DNA of 64,000 bases from a bacterium (GCA_046757165.1 JBHHXT010000002.1:40928-104927), one strand, 5' to 3'. Positions 48,134-58,965 are shown, numbered from the stretch's first letter. A program made the numbers and translations. Notes: generated from the sequence alone by a model not told the origin.

Positions 48134-50221
48134 TTAGTTGGAGTTTTTTGGGAGGAGCACTTTTCGGCTGAGATCGAGTTTTCCTTGAGCGTCAATGTCC
48201 AACAATTTGACCTCCACTTCATCCCCGAGTTTTAGCACATCCTCAACCTTGTTTATTCTTTCATGGGCGATCTGCGATATGTGCAACAAACCTTCTTTGC
48301 CAGGCAGAATTTCGACGAAAGCACCGAAGTTTGTTATCTTTTTGACCTTGCCCATATATGTCTTACCTCGCTCAGGCTCCTGGACCAGATGGCTAATCAT
48401 GTCTTGAGCCATCTGGCTACTCTCAGGTTCGGCTGAGGCAATGGTGATGGTGCCATCATCCTCAATATTGATCGTCGCACCTGATTTGTCGGTGATTTCG
48501 CGGATGGTTTTGCCACCCGGCCCGATGATACTCCCGATATAATCAGGGTTCACCTTCATGGTGGTGATCCGTGGCGCGAACGGGGACATCTCGTCTCTAG
48601 GTGCACTCAGTGTCCGGCCCATGACTTCCAGGATTTTCAGGCGGGCGGCCTTCGCTTTTTCCAGTGCTGTCCCCAGTACCTCAGCCGGAATACCCTTGAT
48701 CTTAATATCCATCTGGAACCCTGTGATACCCGCTGCAGAGCCAGCAACCTTGAAATCCATATCACCCAAATGGTCCTCGTCTCCGAGAATATCGGTCAGA
48801 ATATGATATTCACCATTCTCCTTGATGAGTCCCATAGCAATACCAGCGATTGACGTCTTTAGAGGAACACCCGCATCCATAAGAGACAACGTCCCGGCAC
48901 AAACAGTGGCCATGGAAGACGAGCCATTCGATTCCAGTATTTCGGAAACGACGCGTACTGTGTAGGGGAACACGTTTTCGGACGGCATCGCCGGCTTTAT
49001 GGACCTCTCCGCCAGGTTTCCGTGGCCGACTTCTCGGCGAGTTGTGCCGCGAAGCGGGCGAATGTCTCCAACGCAAAACGGAGGGAAATTGTAGTGCAGC
49101 ATATAGCTCTTCCAGAACTGGCCTTCCAGCTCATCCATTTTCTGCTCATCTATCTTCGTACCCAGTGTGGTGGTGGCGAGTGCCTGTGTCTGCCCCCGCG
49201 TGAACAGGGCAGAACCGTGTGTTCGAGGTAGCACCTTGACCTCACAGGTTATGTCGCGAACATCGTCCAGGCTGCGGCCATCGATACGCGTGCCCTCTTG
49301 CACGATCTTTTGACGAACCAATTCCTTTTCGCACTCATGAATAATATTGGCGATCGTGTCTTCTGATTCAGGGTATTCCTCGGACAGGTGCTCGATTGTT
49401 TCATCCACGAGTTGCTTGAGGGCCCGTTTGCGCAGATTTGTATCCGAGAGTGCGATGACTTCTTCTAATTTCGGCCGGGCATGAGCCATGACTTTCTCGG
49501 TTAAGTCCACCGGAACAGGCTCAGGGATAAACTCGCGCTTGGGTTTGCCAGCCTGCTCAGCAAGTTTTGTTTGTAGTTCGATCAGATTCCGAATCTTCTC
49601 ATGGCCGAATTGCAGTGCGCTCACCATGTCCTCTTCGGCAACCTCCTTTGCCTCGCCTTCCACCATCACGATTGATTCCAACGTACCAGCGATGACAAGG
49701 TCGAGATCGCTTTTTTCCAGATCGCTATAGGCGGGGTTGAGAACGAATTGACCATCTACCCTCCCAACCCGAACGCCGGCGATGGTGCTGGTGAAGGGAA
49801 TGTCCGAGATCAGCAGAGCGGCGGATGCTCCCGTTATGGCGATGATATCAGGGTCATTCTCCTTGTCTGCGGACAGAACCGAGATAAGAATTTGCACCTC
49901 ACATCTGTAGCCATCTTCAAACAAAGGCCGAATAGACCGGTCGACCAACCTTGCGCTGAGAATCTCATTTTCGCTCGGTCGGCCCTCCCGCTTGAAAAAC
50001 CCTCCCGGTATTTTGCCGGCCGAGTAGGCTTTTTCGCGGTAATCCACTGTTAAGGGGAAAAAAGTAAGGCCTTCTGTCGGCTCTTCGGACCCAACGACAG
50101 CAACCAGAACAATGGTGTCTCCCAGTCTCACCAGAACGGCACCATCTGCCTGTTTGGCTAACCTGCCAGTTTCAATAGAATAGTTCTTGCCATCTAACTC
50201 AAGTTGTTCTACAAATACCAT
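48134..50221 (-). CDS. pnp: Polyribonucleotide nucleotidyltransferase
   Basis: GKIPGGFFKRE, HGSALFTRGQTQ, ESNGSSSMA, GDMDFKVAG, KH and S1 domains. Confidence 0.98.
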   Translation of the reverse strand: MVFVEQLELDGKNYSIETGRLAKQADGAVLVRLGDTIVLVAVVGSEEPTEGLTFFPLTVDYREKAYSAGKIPGGFFKREGRPSENEILSARLVDRSIRPLFEDGYRCEVQILISVLSADKENDPDIIAITGASAALLISDIPFTSTIAGVRVGRVDGQFVLNPAYSDLEKSDLDLVIAGTLESIVMVEGEAKEVAEEDMVSALQFGHEKIRNLIELQTKLAEQAGKPKREFIPEPVPVDLTEKVMAHARPKLEEVIALSDTNLRKRALKQLVDETIEHLSEEYPESEDTIANIIHECEKELVRQKIVQEGTRIDGRSLDDVRDITCEVKVLPRTHGSALFTRGQTQALATTTLGTKIDEQKMDELEGQFWKSYMLHYNFPPFCVGDIRPLRGTTRREVGHGNLAERSIKPAMPSENVFPYTVRVVSEILESNGSSSMATVCAGTLSLMDAGVPLKTSIAGIAMGLIKENGEYHILTDILGDEDHLGDMDFKVAGSAAGITGFQMDIKIKGIPAEVLGTALEKAKAARLKILEVMGRTLSAPRDEMSPFAPRITTMKVNPDYIGSIIGPGGKTIREITDKSGATINIEDDGTITIASAEPESSQMAQDMISHLVQEPERGKTYMGKVKKITNFGAFVEILPGKEGLLHISQIAHERINKVEDVLKLGDEVEVKLLDIDAQGKLDLSRKVLLPKNSN

Positions 50222-50265
50222 GTCACAATCAACTCCTTAAACATTGAAATTGCATAGCTATCAGA

Positions 50266-50298
50266 TTGGGACTGCGGCAGTGATCATCGCAATACCAA
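50266..50298 (-). promoter_or_regulatory. Hairpin in the pnp 5' leader (possible RNase III/autoregulatory element)
   Basis: TTGGTATTGCG...CGCAGTCCCAA stem between rpsO and pnp. Confidence 0.35.
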
Positions 50299-50345
50299 CA
50301 GTGTTTTGCGGGCTAAATGTCCAGATATCGGATACCAGTGCTGTC

Positions 50346-50615
50346 TCAGCGTCTGATGCCTAATTGTTTGATGAGAACACGATATCTCTCGATGTCCTTC
50401 TTAGCCAGGTAGTCCAGCAGGCGCCTCCTCTTACCAACCATCTTGAGCAAACCGCGTCTGGAGTGATGGTCTTTTTTGTGAGTTTGGAAATGGGGCGTCA
50501 ACTGGTTGATGTTCTCGGTTAGTATCGCGATTTGAACCTCAGTTTTGCCCGAGTCATGCCCGCTGTTTCCGTATTTCTCTATGATCTCGCCTTTCTTCTC
50601 CTTTGTTAATGACAT
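50346..50615 (-). CDS. rpsO: 30S ribosomal protein S15
   Basis: [34 protein letters not shown]. Confidence 0.98.
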   Translation of the reverse strand: MSLTKEKKGEIIEKYGNSGHDSGKTEVQIAILTENINQLTPHFQTHKKDHHSRRGLLKMVGKRRRLLDYLAKKDIERYRVLIKQLGIRR

Positions 50616-51559
50616 TTAGCCTCCTGTGAATTATTTAGTATTTCAATACTTAGTTTTCTATCTTCATGGAGTTGTCGAATGAGATCAGATGGGCAGGAAA
50701 AACGCACCTCATTCCGAATTCTCTCGACAAACTCAATCTGAAGTTGATGATTGTAAATATCCTGCTCGAAATCGAAAATATGGACCTCCAGGGAGACTTC
50801 AGATTCGTTGAACGTCGGCCTAATCCCGATGTTCATCATTCCCTTGAGCTTTCGTTGTCCACAGTAAACGTAAACCGCATAAACCCCATTTCCGGGAACG
50901 AGTTTCTTCTTCGAATCGAGCAAGATATTTGCGGTTGGATACTCTAGCACCTGTCCGCGGCCGCTCCCCCGGGTGACGATTCCACTGATGCGGTAATTTC
51001 TGCCCAACGCCTTCGCGGCTTTCTTGACATCCCCCTCTCTTAGAAACTCCCTGATGGTGGTGCTGTTGAGGACATAGTCCTCGGTCCTGAGCTCGGGGAA
51101 TTCCTCAACATCAAAATGCAGCTCGCGAGCCAGGATTTTGAGCGTTTGAAGGCCACCTTCTCGATGCCTTCCAAATGTGTGGTCATATCCAATGATGATT
51201 CTCTTGAACCCGATCGTCTCAAACAGGACTTTCCGTACGAATTCATCGGAAGGTGTATGAGAGAACTCCTGAGTAAAGGTGATGATGACGGCGCGCTCAA
51301 TTTGTAATTGCTGCAGGATCTCGAGTTTTTCCTCAACCGTTGTTAAGATCTTCAGCTCATTGTTTGGCGACACATTCAAGACGAGTTTCGGATGCGGAGA
51401 GAAAGTCACAAGCGTGCTGGCGGCTCCCAACGCCTCGGCTTGCTTTCTCAACTCCTTCAAGATATATTGATGACCGAGGTGGACACCGTCAAAACTTCCA
51501 ACGGTCAATATGGCATTTTCTTCTCTTCGGACACTCTGGAGGTCCCGATAGATTTCCAT
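50606..51559 (-). CDS. ribF: Bifunctional riboflavin kinase/FAD synthetase
   Basis: [39 protein letters not shown]. Confidence 0.96.
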   Translation of the reverse strand: MEIYRDLQSVRREENAILTVGSFDGVHLGHQYILKELRKQAEALGAASTLVTFSPHPKLVLNVSPNNELKILTTVEEKLEILQQLQIERAVIITFTQEFSHTPSDEFVRKVLFETIGFKRIIIGYDHTFGRHREGGLQTLKILARELHFDVEEFPELRTEDYVLNSTTIREFLREGDVKKAAKALGRNYRISGIVTRGSGRGQVLEYPTANILLDSKKKLVPGNGVYAVYVYCGQRKLKGMMNIGIRPTFNESEVSLEVHIFDFEQDIYNHQLQIEFVERIRNEVRFSCPSDLIRQLHEDRKLSIEILNNSQEAKCH

Positions 51560-52300
51560 CTACTTATCTACTGTGTTCAGCACGTTGGTGTTTTTCTGCA
51601 CAAATTCGGCGAGCGGCCTCGCATCCTGAAGTGTGTACGGGCCAACACGGGTGCGTGTTAGCGCCGTTAGATGTCCACCTGAGTTTAACCTGGCACCAAT
51701 GTCGTGAGCAATCGAACGGATGTAGGTGCCTTTTGAGCACGTGATTTTCAGCGTGACCATGGGTAGCTCAACATCCAGTATCACCATTCGGTGAACCGTC
51801 ACTTTGCGGGGCGGGCGATCGACCGTCATACCCTTGCGAGCCAGGCGGTAGAGACGCTCGCCGTTTACTTTCACGGCAGAATACATCGGGGGAGTTTGCC
51901 AGATCTCTCCTTCAAACTGTTTGCACACCGTCACCACGGCGTGTGAAGACAAAGCCGCAGTATCATGCTCAGCGACTACCGTTCCGGTACAGTCGAATGT
52001 GTCCGTTTCCTTCCCCAGCTCCACCTGAGCCACGTATTCCTTTTCAAAAGCCATGAGCTCATCCACCCGCTTGGTGGCTTTGCCGGTGCACACCAGGAGG
52101 ACGCCGGTTGCGAATGGGTCGAGCGTGCCAGCGTGCCCGACCTTCTTCACCCGCACCGAGTTGCGCACCTTGCGGACGACATCGAATGACGTCCACCCTT
52201 CTGGCTTGTTGATGTTGAGAATGGCACCCTTCTCAAATTCAGCGTGCGAAAGATTGCAGGAAGGAGAAATGTCAGGAATTTGTCGGCGCAGATTCGTCAC
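51560..52300 (-). CDS. truB: tRNA pseudouridine(55) synthase
   Basis: KVGHAGTLDPFATGVL, PPMYSA.K..G.RLY, CSKGTYIRS. Confidence 0.97.
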   Translation of the reverse strand: MTNLRRQIPDISPSCNLSHAEFEKGAILNINKPEGWTSFDVVRKVRNSVRVKKVGHAGTLDPFATGVLLVCTGKATKRVDELMAFEKEYVAQVELGKETDTFDCTGTVVAEHDTAALSSHAVVTVCKQFEGEIWQTPPMYSAVKVNGERLYRLARKGMTVDRPPRKVTVHRMVILDVELPMVTLKITCSKGTYIRSIAHDIGARLNSGGHLTALTRTRVGPYTLQDARPLAEFVQKNTNVLNTVDK

Positions 52301-52649
52301 CCTCTTGCTGGTTGAGCTGGTTCAAAAGTGTTTCGATGTCATGAGCATAGGCCGCAGACTTGTCATAGACAAAAGAAAGGTCGGGCACAAAGCGCAAATC
52401 AGTTCGACTGCCTAACTGCGAGCGGATGAAGCGTTTTGCACGGTCCAACCCCTGCAAGCTATTCTCCGCAGACGTATCTTTTCCTATGATGCTTACATAC
52501 ACTTTTGCAAATCTGAGATCATCGGAGAGGGTGACTTTTGTCACCGACGCCATGCCAATGAGCGGGTCCTTGAGTTCCCGAGCGATGATGTGACTTATTT
52601 CCTGCCGTAACAGCTCGGCCACCCTCTGAGAGCGTTTGAAGTCTGCCAT
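52272..52649 (-). CDS. rbfA: Ribosome-binding factor A
   Basis: RV..L...IS, LSDDLRFAKVYVS, LRFVP.L.F.YD. Confidence 0.96.
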   Translation of the reverse strand: MADFKRSQRVAELLRQEISHIIARELKDPLIGMASVTKVTLSDDLRFAKVYVSIIGKDTSAENSLQGLDRAKRFIRSQLGSRTDLRFVPDLSFVYDKSAAYAHDIETLLNQLNQQEGDESAPTNS

Positions 52650-52655
52650 ATTACG

Positions 52656-52937
52656 TTAATAAAACTCCAGTATGTGGTCCAGAACCTCAACTCTTCCTTC
52701 CTGGTTGATTAGATTCATAATCTCGCTCATTGATAAATCGATGAACCGTTCTTCATTTGACACCAGCGAAATGCCCAGTGAAACTCTTTGCCACTTGTCG
52801 AGATTGTCCACTTCGGCGACAGAGACGTTGAACTTATTTCGAATCCTTGTTTTCAAGCTGGCCAAGACTCCTCTCTTTGCTTTTAGAGAGTTGCTGTCCG
52901 GGAGGAAAAGTTCAACTCTGAGGACACCGACAAGCAT
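52656..52937 (-). CDS. DUF503 (YlxP) family protein
   Basis: SLK.KR, KFNVSVAEVD..D.WQR; located between infB and rbfA. Confidence 0.92.
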   Translation of the reverse strand: MLVGVLRVELFLPDSNSLKAKRGVLASLKTRIRNKFNVSVAEVDNLDKWQRVSLGISLVSNEERFIDLSMSEIMNLINQEGRVEVLDHILEFY

Positions 52938-52951
52938 GGGTTTTCTTGACC

Positions 52952-55678
52952 CTAAAGTGTTCGGGCAGTTTCCACCTTTCTGTAGGTTTCAATAATGTCC
53001 CCGACCTTGATGTCGTCAAAATCATCGAGGTTAATACCGCATTCAAAGCCTGAGGATACTTCCCGAACATCTTCCTTGAATCGTTTCAATGAGCTGATTT
53101 TTGTTTCCTGGATCAGCTTATCATTGCGGTAGACACGCGTGAAATCGTTACGTGAGGCTTTGCCTGATACGACGTAACTGCCCGCAATGGTGCCAATTTT
53201 GGGCACTTTAAAGGTCTCCCGAACTTCGATAGTGGAAGTCAATTCCTCGGTGATTTCTGGGTCCAGCATGCCTTCGAGGGCCGCTTTGACCTCTTCCACG
53301 GCAGAGTAAATGATATCATAGAGCCGGATATCGATCTCCTCCTGCTTGGCGAGCTCACGTGCCTGAATGGTCGGTCGGACATGAAATCCGATGATGATCG
53401 CATTGGAAGCAGAGGCCAGCAAGATATCCGACTCGGAGATGCCGCCAACCGCTTTGTGAATGACTTTCACAGAGACTTCAGCATTTGACAATTTCATCAG
53501 GGCATCGCTCAGGGCCTCAATCGAGCCATCTACGTCGGCCTTCAAGATAATGTTGAGTTCCTTGATCTTGCCTTGCTGAATCTGCTCAGCGATCTGGTCG
53601 AGCGTCAGATGGCGTTGCGTGCGAAATTCTTGTTCGCGCCTCAGTTGTTGACGTTTCGTACTGATTTCCCGGACTTCTCGCTCGGTAGTCAGCACCACGA
53701 AGTTATCGCCTGCTTGCGGCACGCCATCAAAGCCGATGACTTGCACCGGGGTTGAAGGCGGTGCAGCGGAGACCTTTCGGCTTCGTTCATCGTACATCGC
53801 GCGTACTTTGCCACTACGGTGCCCGGCAACAAATAGATTCCCGACGCGCAAGGTGCCACTCTGTACCAAGACGGTGCCGACGGCGCCCTTTCCTTTGTCC
53901 AATTTGGCCTCAATGATCACGCCGCGTGCCGTCCGGTCGCGGTTTGCTTTCAATTCCAGCACTTCAGCCTCCAGAAGAATCAAATCGAGCAGCCGATCGA
54001 CCCCTTGGCCGGTTTTGGCAGACATTTCGACACACTGGTATTTTCCACCCCACTCCTCAATCAGGATGTTGTGTTCCGCTAACTGCTTTTTTATCACGTC
54101 CGGATTTGCAGACGGCTTATCAATCTTGTTGATGGCCACGACAATCGGAACATGGGCGGCCAAAGCATGGCTGATAGCTTCGATCGTTTGCGGCTGCACA
54201 CCGTCATCAGCCGCCACGATCAGGACGACCAAATCAGTTGCCTGAGCCCCCCTGGCGCGCATGGCAGTGAATGCCTCATGGCCCGGGGTGTCCAGGAAAG
54301 TGATCTCCTTGCCATTGACCGAGACCTCATAAGCACCGATGTGCTGAGTGATGCCTCCAGATTCTCCGGAGATAATGCTGCTATTACGGACGAAATCTAA
54401 CAGCGAGGTCTTGCCATGGTCAACGTGGCCCATGATCGTGACGACAGGCGGGCGGGTTACCGCGGCTGCCAGGTCGTCATCGGTATCGCCATACCTGTCT
54501 ATGATTTCAGCGCCATACTCTTCGATTTTTTCGGTCACAAATCCAAATTCATCGGCCACCGCCTCGATCGTATCTATGGTCAGGCGCTGATTGATCGAAA
54601 CCATGACGCCCAGCTCGAGACATTTTGTAATCACCTGACCTGCATCGATCCCTAGCAAGTCCGCCAATTCCGCTACCGATATGAACTCGCTTACTTTGAT
54701 GATGCTATCTTGGTCTTCCGGGGCTTCTACGCCCGAGTCTCTGGTTCTCTTCCGCCGGCGTTTAGGTTTGACCTCATCCATGGCCGCGAGAGTTTGCTTG
54801 ATCGATTCCTGGATTTCCTCCTCGCTGATCTTCCGTTTCCTTTTCTTCTTGCCTTTGCCTTTCCGTTTGGTTTTATCTTCCTGGGCTTCCGGTTTCGGCT
54901 TGACCCCAGTTTCATCAGCTACAGCTTTTTCTCCACGTTTTGGTCCGGATTCGGTTGGCACTGCTTTTTCGGCTGCCGCCGCTTCAGGCGAAATCTTGTC
55001 CTTTGCTTTCGTCTCAGCCGCAGCACTAATCGTCGTTGTTTGATCAGGTTTGGCTTCTGCGTCTTTCGGTTTTTCTTCAACCTTCTTCTTCGTGCCTGGC
55101 TTGCCGTCCTCTTTCTTGGCTTCAGCTTTCTTTTGCTGATCAATTTCCTTCTTAGCCTTGGAAATCAATTCTACAACGGAGAGTTCTTCCTGTGGAGGCT
55201 CTTTCTCTTGATCGGAGACAGGCAGGCGTGTTGCCGGCACGTCCCCCGTCAGTTCTTTGTCAGCAAGCTCCTTTTTCGCGAGTGTTTCAGGAGACAAGTG
55301 CGCCAGTTCGCTGGCTTTGCGTTCTTGTTCGTCGAGCCGTTTTTGCTCCTCTTCTTTTGCCTTTCTTAGTCGATGTGGTCTTTGCTCAGCCAATTGGGTC
55401 GCGAAGCGAATGCGCTCTTCCAACTCCATCCTGGCCTTATTTCTGCGCAGCTCTTCCAGGACTTGCTTTTCTCTCAATTGTTGCCTGAAATTTTGCCCCG
55501 TTTCAGAAGCGGCAGTATCCGTCCTGTATTTCTTGCATATTTCTGTGTACAGATCTTCCGAAACCGCACTCATTTGCGTTCGAATAGATTTGTCCAATTT
55601 TCCCAAGAAGGTTATGACTGCTTCGTTGGAAAGATTCAATTCTCGTGCGACCTGAAAAACTCTCCGCTTCTTACTCAA
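52952..55678 (-). CDS. infB: Translation initiation factor IF-2
   Basis: GHVDHGKT, GGITQHIGAY, DTPGHEAF, NKID, GFECGI; TTG start. Confidence 0.98.
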   Translation of the reverse strand: MSKKRRVFQVARELNLSNEAVITFLGKLDKSIRTQMSAVSEDLYTEICKKYRTDTAASETGQNFRQQLREKQVLEELRRNKARMELEERIRFATQLAEQRPHRLRKAKEEEQKRLDEQERKASELAHLSPETLAKKELADKELTGDVPATRLPVSDQEKEPPQEELSVVELISKAKKEIDQQKKAEAKKEDGKPGTKKKVEEKPKDAEAKPDQTTTISAAAETKAKDKISPEAAAAEKAVPTESGPKRGEKAVADETGVKPKPEAQEDKTKRKGKGKKKRKRKISEEEIQESIKQTLAAMDEVKPKRRRKRTRDSGVEAPEDQDSIIKVSEFISVAELADLLGIDAGQVITKCLELGVMVSINQRLTIDTIEAVADEFGFVTEKIEEYGAEIIDRYGDTDDDLAAAVTRPPVVTIMGHVDHGKTSLLDFVRNSSIISGESGGITQHIGAYEVSVNGKEITFLDTPGHEAFTAMRARGAQATDLVVLIVAADDGVQPQTIEAISHALAAHVPIVVAINKIDKPSANPDVIKKQLAEHNILIEEWGGKYQCVEMSAKTGQGVDRLLDLILLEAEVLELKANRDRTARGVIIEAKLDKGKGAVGTVLVQSGTLRVGNLFVAGHRSGKVRAMYDERSRKVSAAPPSTPVQVIGFDGVPQAGDNFVVLTTEREVREISTKRQQLRREQEFRTQRHLTLDQIAEQIQQGKIKELNIILKADVDGSIEALSDALMKLSNAEVSVKVIHKAVGGISESDILLASASNAIIIGFHVRPTIQARELAKQEEIDIRLYDIIYSAVEEVKAALEGMLDPEITEELTSTIEVRETFKVPKIGTIAGSYVVSGKASRNDFTRVYRNDKLIQETKISSLKRFKEDVREVSSGFECGINLDDFDDIKVGDIIETYRKVETARTL

Positions 55679-55710
55679 ATCGATTCGCTCCGATTTATGA
55701 AAGCCTACGC

Positions 55711-56994
55711 CTAATTATCGTTGACGACATCAAAAATCTTCTGTGCAATCTTGTCTCCGACCCCCTGTATGCGCTTCAGGCCATCAATGCCCGCCTTTTG
55801 GACCTCATCAACCGTCTCAAAACCCCCTTCGGTGAGCTTTCTTAGCAAGGCCGGCGTCAGATCCGTAAGATCCTCTAACCTTCTTATCTTGCCCGTTTGG
55901 TTATTTTCATGTTCCTCGGAAAGGGCTTTGCTTTCTGCGCTCATTTGCTCTTCAATGATCTTTTTGTACTCTGACTCCTTGATGATCTCTATGTCATAGG
56001 CTGTCAGACGCGACGCCAGCCGTCGATTCTGTCCACCTCTTCCAATTGCGAGAGAAATTTGGTCATCGGACAGCACAGCGATGGCTTTTCTTTTGTTTTG
56101 GTCGACGATGACTTTGTATACCTTGGCGGGACTCAGGGAGCGAGATATGTAGATCCCCGGGTCCATGTGCCAGTTGATGACATCGATTTTTTCATTGTTC
56201 AACTCTTTGCTGATGGATTGAATCCGGATGCCCTTCATGCCAACGCAGGCCCCAAGGGCATCGATGCGTTTGTCGTTTGAAACAACGGCGATTTTGGCGC
56301 GGTCTCCCGGTTCACGCGCCACGCTCTTGACTTCGATAATTCCGTCGTATATTTCTGGCACCTCGAGTTCAAAGAGTCGAACCAATATCTGTGGGTCCGC
56401 GCGAGAAATGATGATTTCCAACCCCCGGTTTGTTTTCTCAGTTGATTTGATAATGGCGCGAACGTGGTCCCCCCTTCTATACTTTTCGTTGTGGATCTGC
56501 TCGTTCTTGGGTAAGATCACCTCTGTCTTATCGATATTCAAATAAATCTCATTTCGGTTGATCTGGCGAACGTCGCCGATGATGATCTCGCCCAACCTTT
56601 TGCTGTATTCATCGTAGAGCCTTTCCTGCTCGGCGTCTTTGAGTCTCTGGTTGAGATTCTGTTTTGCCGAGACAATCAGGCGTCGGCCAAAACTCCGGGG
56701 GTCAACAATTTCGATAAATTCATCGCCGATTTCCAAATCTGGTTCCACGGCGCGTGCGGACTCGAGGTCGATTTGTTCAACCTCATCCTCAACGTCTTCA
56801 ACAATCGTTTTGTTCTGATAAATTTCAATCTCACCCTTATCCATGCTGACGAAAATGTTAAAGTTGTCTGCCTTGCCATACTTCTTTTTGATGATCGACA
56901 AAATCGTGTGCTCAAGAATCTCTCCGAGCTGCTCTTTTTCTATATTCTTTTCCTTCGCAATCTGCGAAAAGGCCTCAACGATTTCGCTTTTCAT
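55711..56994 (-). CDS. nusA: Transcription termination factor NusA
   Basis: LFELEVPEI, AREPG.R.K, GACVG.KG, SLAIGRGGQN, C-terminal HhH. Confidence 0.97.
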   Translation of the reverse strand: MKSEIVEAFSQIAKEKNIEKEQLGEILEHTILSIIKKKYGKADNFNIFVSMDKGEIEIYQNKTIVEDVEDEVEQIDLESARAVEPDLEIGDEFIEIVDPRSFGRRLIVSAKQNLNQRLKDAEQERLYDEYSKRLGEIIIGDVRQINRNEIYLNIDKTEVILPKNEQIHNEKYRRGDHVRAIIKSTEKTNRGLEIIISRADPQILVRLFELEVPEIYDGIIEVKSVAREPGDRAKIAVVSNDKRIDALGACVGMKGIRIQSISKELNNEKIDVINWHMDPGIYISRSLSPAKVYKVIVDQNKRKAIAVLSDDQISLAIGRGGQNRRLASRLTAYDIEIIKESEYKKIIEEQMSAESKALSEEHENNQTGKIRRLEDLTDLTPALLRKLTEGGFETVDEVQKAGIDGLKRIQGVGDKIAQKIFDVVNDN

Positions 56995-57027
56995 TTGACA
57001 AAGATACCTCCTGTTAGCCCGGGGTGT

Positions 57028-57480
57028 TTACCACGGCAGACACAATTTGCCATGCTTGATTTTAGAAAGCGGTATTTTTTTGACTTCATCCTTGCACTCA
57101 ATACAAATCGCCTGCTCATGAATATCGGCAATTTTGCCTCGCACCCGCTCCTCATCACAGTCATGTTGGATAATGACTTCTACCTCCCTGTTCAGATTCC
57201 GTGCAAAGTCTCGGGGGCTCTGCAACGGTCTGGCGACGCCGGGGGATGACACCTCCAGCCTGTATTTACCGGCAATCACGTCGTTAATGTCCAGTTGCTC
57301 AGATATCTTGCGGCTGATGTCCGTGCATTGAGCCAGACTGATTCCGCTTTCGGTGTCGATAAATATTTTGACGATTCGGCTCCCTTCTCTCCCTTTGATC
57401 TGCAAATCCACCAGTTCGATCTTCTCAGACTGCAGTATCGGCGCCACCAGGTTGCTGAGCCGTTCGCTCAGGGTGTTCAT
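57028..57480 (-). CDS. rimP: Ribosome maturation factor RimP
   Basis: Y.LEVSSPG..RPL; first gene of the nusA-infB operon. Confidence 0.95.
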   Translation of the reverse strand: MNTLSERLSNLVAPILQSEKIELVDLQIKGREGSRIVKIFIDTESGISLAQCTDISRKISEQLDINDVIAGKYRLEVSSPGVARPLQSPRDFARNLNREVEVIIQHDCDEERVRGKIADIHEQAICIECKDEVKKIPLSKIKHGKLCLPW

Positions 57481-57497
57481 TTGCTACTCCATACAAT

Positions 57498-57524
57498 AAA
57501 AAAGTGGGTCTTTTGACCCACTTT
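57498..57524 (-). promoter_or_regulatory. rimP leader hairpin (terminator/attenuator-like)
   Basis: AAAGTGGGTC-aaaa-GACCCACTTTTTT just upstream of the rimP RBS; promoter TTGCAA-17-TATATT at 57561-57533. Confidence 0.7.
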
Positions 57525-57593
57525 AAAAGATAAATATAAGAAATTAATTTACTTTTTGCAAGTAAATTTTGCGCATGCGGTAAATTGTGCTGG

Positions 57594-58265
57594 CTAAGAG
57601 GTTAGCTCGGATAGCAGCAGCTCTGCCTCATTCTTGATAGACGCATCGGCGTACTTTTCGATCAACTCGGTGAGCGCCCGGCGCGCCTCTTCTGGATTGC
57701 CTGCAAGGTGGTAACATCTGGCGCAATTGTAAAGGTTTTGTGGCGTCATAAAATTGTTGCGATATTTCTCCGCTGCTTCCCGGTATAACTTCGCCGCTCT
57801 CTCATAGTTTTTCTGTTCTTCCAAACACGCGGCCACTCCCGCCATGGCCGAAGCACTCAGGATATCGTCGCCGTCGTGCTTCAAGAATTCATTAAAATAT
57901 TGCTCCGCCTGCGCAAAGGTTCCCAGGTTGAAGAACGAATTTGCCAGGTAGAATCTGCCCTCCTGTCCACTCTCAGTCCCGCCATATTCCTCTATGAGGT
58001 TCTTCAAAATTGGCACTGCGGCAGAGTAATCGTTTTCAAAATATTTGAGTTTGGCCTTGGTTAGCTCAACGATTGCGTTATGCTCTTTTTCCCCCTGCTT
58101 ACTCTTGTAGATGACTGCCAGCAGAAAAACGAGCATCAAGGCACCTACACCAGATAGAATTTGTCGACCATTATGCTTCAAAAAGTCCTGAGACTTGAAA
58201 TAAAAGGTCACTAACTTGTCTTCTTTGATTCGCTTCTTGGTCAGCTTCTTTTGTGCCTTGAGCAT
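57594..58265 (-). CDS. Membrane-anchored TPR protein (YfgM-like)
   Basis: Basic N-terminus KK.IKED, one TM, periplasmic TPRs; start MLKAQ at 58265. Confidence 0.8.
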   Translation of the reverse strand: MLKAQKKLTKKRIKEDKLVTFYFKSQDFLKHNGRQILSGVGALMLVFLLAVIYKSKQGEKEHNAIVELTKAKLKYFENDYSAAVPILKNLIEEYGGTESGQEGRFYLANSFFNLGTFAQAEQYFNEFLKHDGDDILSASAMAGVAACLEEQKNYERAAKLYREAAEKYRNNFMTPQNLYNCARCYHLAGNPEEARRALTELIEKYADASIKNEAELLLSELTS

Positions 58266-58478
58266 CGAATTGTGATCTCCTATTATACCCCAATGTACCT
58301 GTCTATGCAAAATTCAAGTATAAGCATTCATTTGAAGTAAATCAAGCTCTTTCTTGTACTGAAAACATGTTGACGCACGCTGATCTTCAAAGCGCTCGCG
58401 TGAGGGAGACCTATCAATTGATGCTCTGACGGCAGAATTCTAAGGATGAATCTTACTTATGATCCGGATAAGCTTCTG

Positions 58479-58682
58479 CTATACGATTCGTACTTTGATC
58501 GCTTTCTTGCCTTTGGGTGATTCCTCAACCTCATACGTCACTTTCAATCCCTCTGCGAGATGGTCTCGGTGCCCAATATAGTCAACATCGTTCTTGTGAA
58601 CAAATATGTCACCACCATCTTCGGAAGTGATAAACCCAAATCCTTTCCTGGGGTTAAACCACTTTACAGTACCTGCGGCCAT
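58479..58682 (-). CDS. Cold-shock domain protein
   Basis: VKWFN..KGFGFI, DIFVHK; AGGAG RBS; promoter TTGCAC-17-TATATT at 58786-58758. Confidence 0.92.
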   Translation of the reverse strand: MAAGTVKWFNPRKGFGFITSEDGGDIFVHKNDVDYIGHRDHLAEGLKVTYEVEESPKGKKAIKVRIV

Positions 58683-58810
58683 TACGCGAACTCCTATATT
58701 GTGCTAATATGTAGAACTGATTTGATCGTGAATGTGTTTGAGCTATGATTTCGCCTGAATATATGTGATCACAGTGTAAGGTGCAAGGGAAAAATGCATA
58801 CGGATTTACC

Positions 58811-58890
58811 GGGGACTCGCGTTGCCAATAACGAGCCCCCGTACTCAAAAGCCCTTTCCTTACACCAAGGTAGGAAGGGTGAGATGAAGT
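58811..58890 (-). ncRNA. Candidate small RNA (sibling 2)
   Basis: TTGACT-17-TAACAA promoter (58924-58896), CACC-[CUUCCUACCUU]-GGUG hairpin, downstream hairpin and U-tract, no ORF. Confidence 0.4.
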
Positions 58891-58965
58891 AGGACTTGTT
58901 ACGAAAACTTAATGCAAAAGTCAAGAAAAGAATTGTTCTTCTGATTCACATCGGCGAGGGCAATC

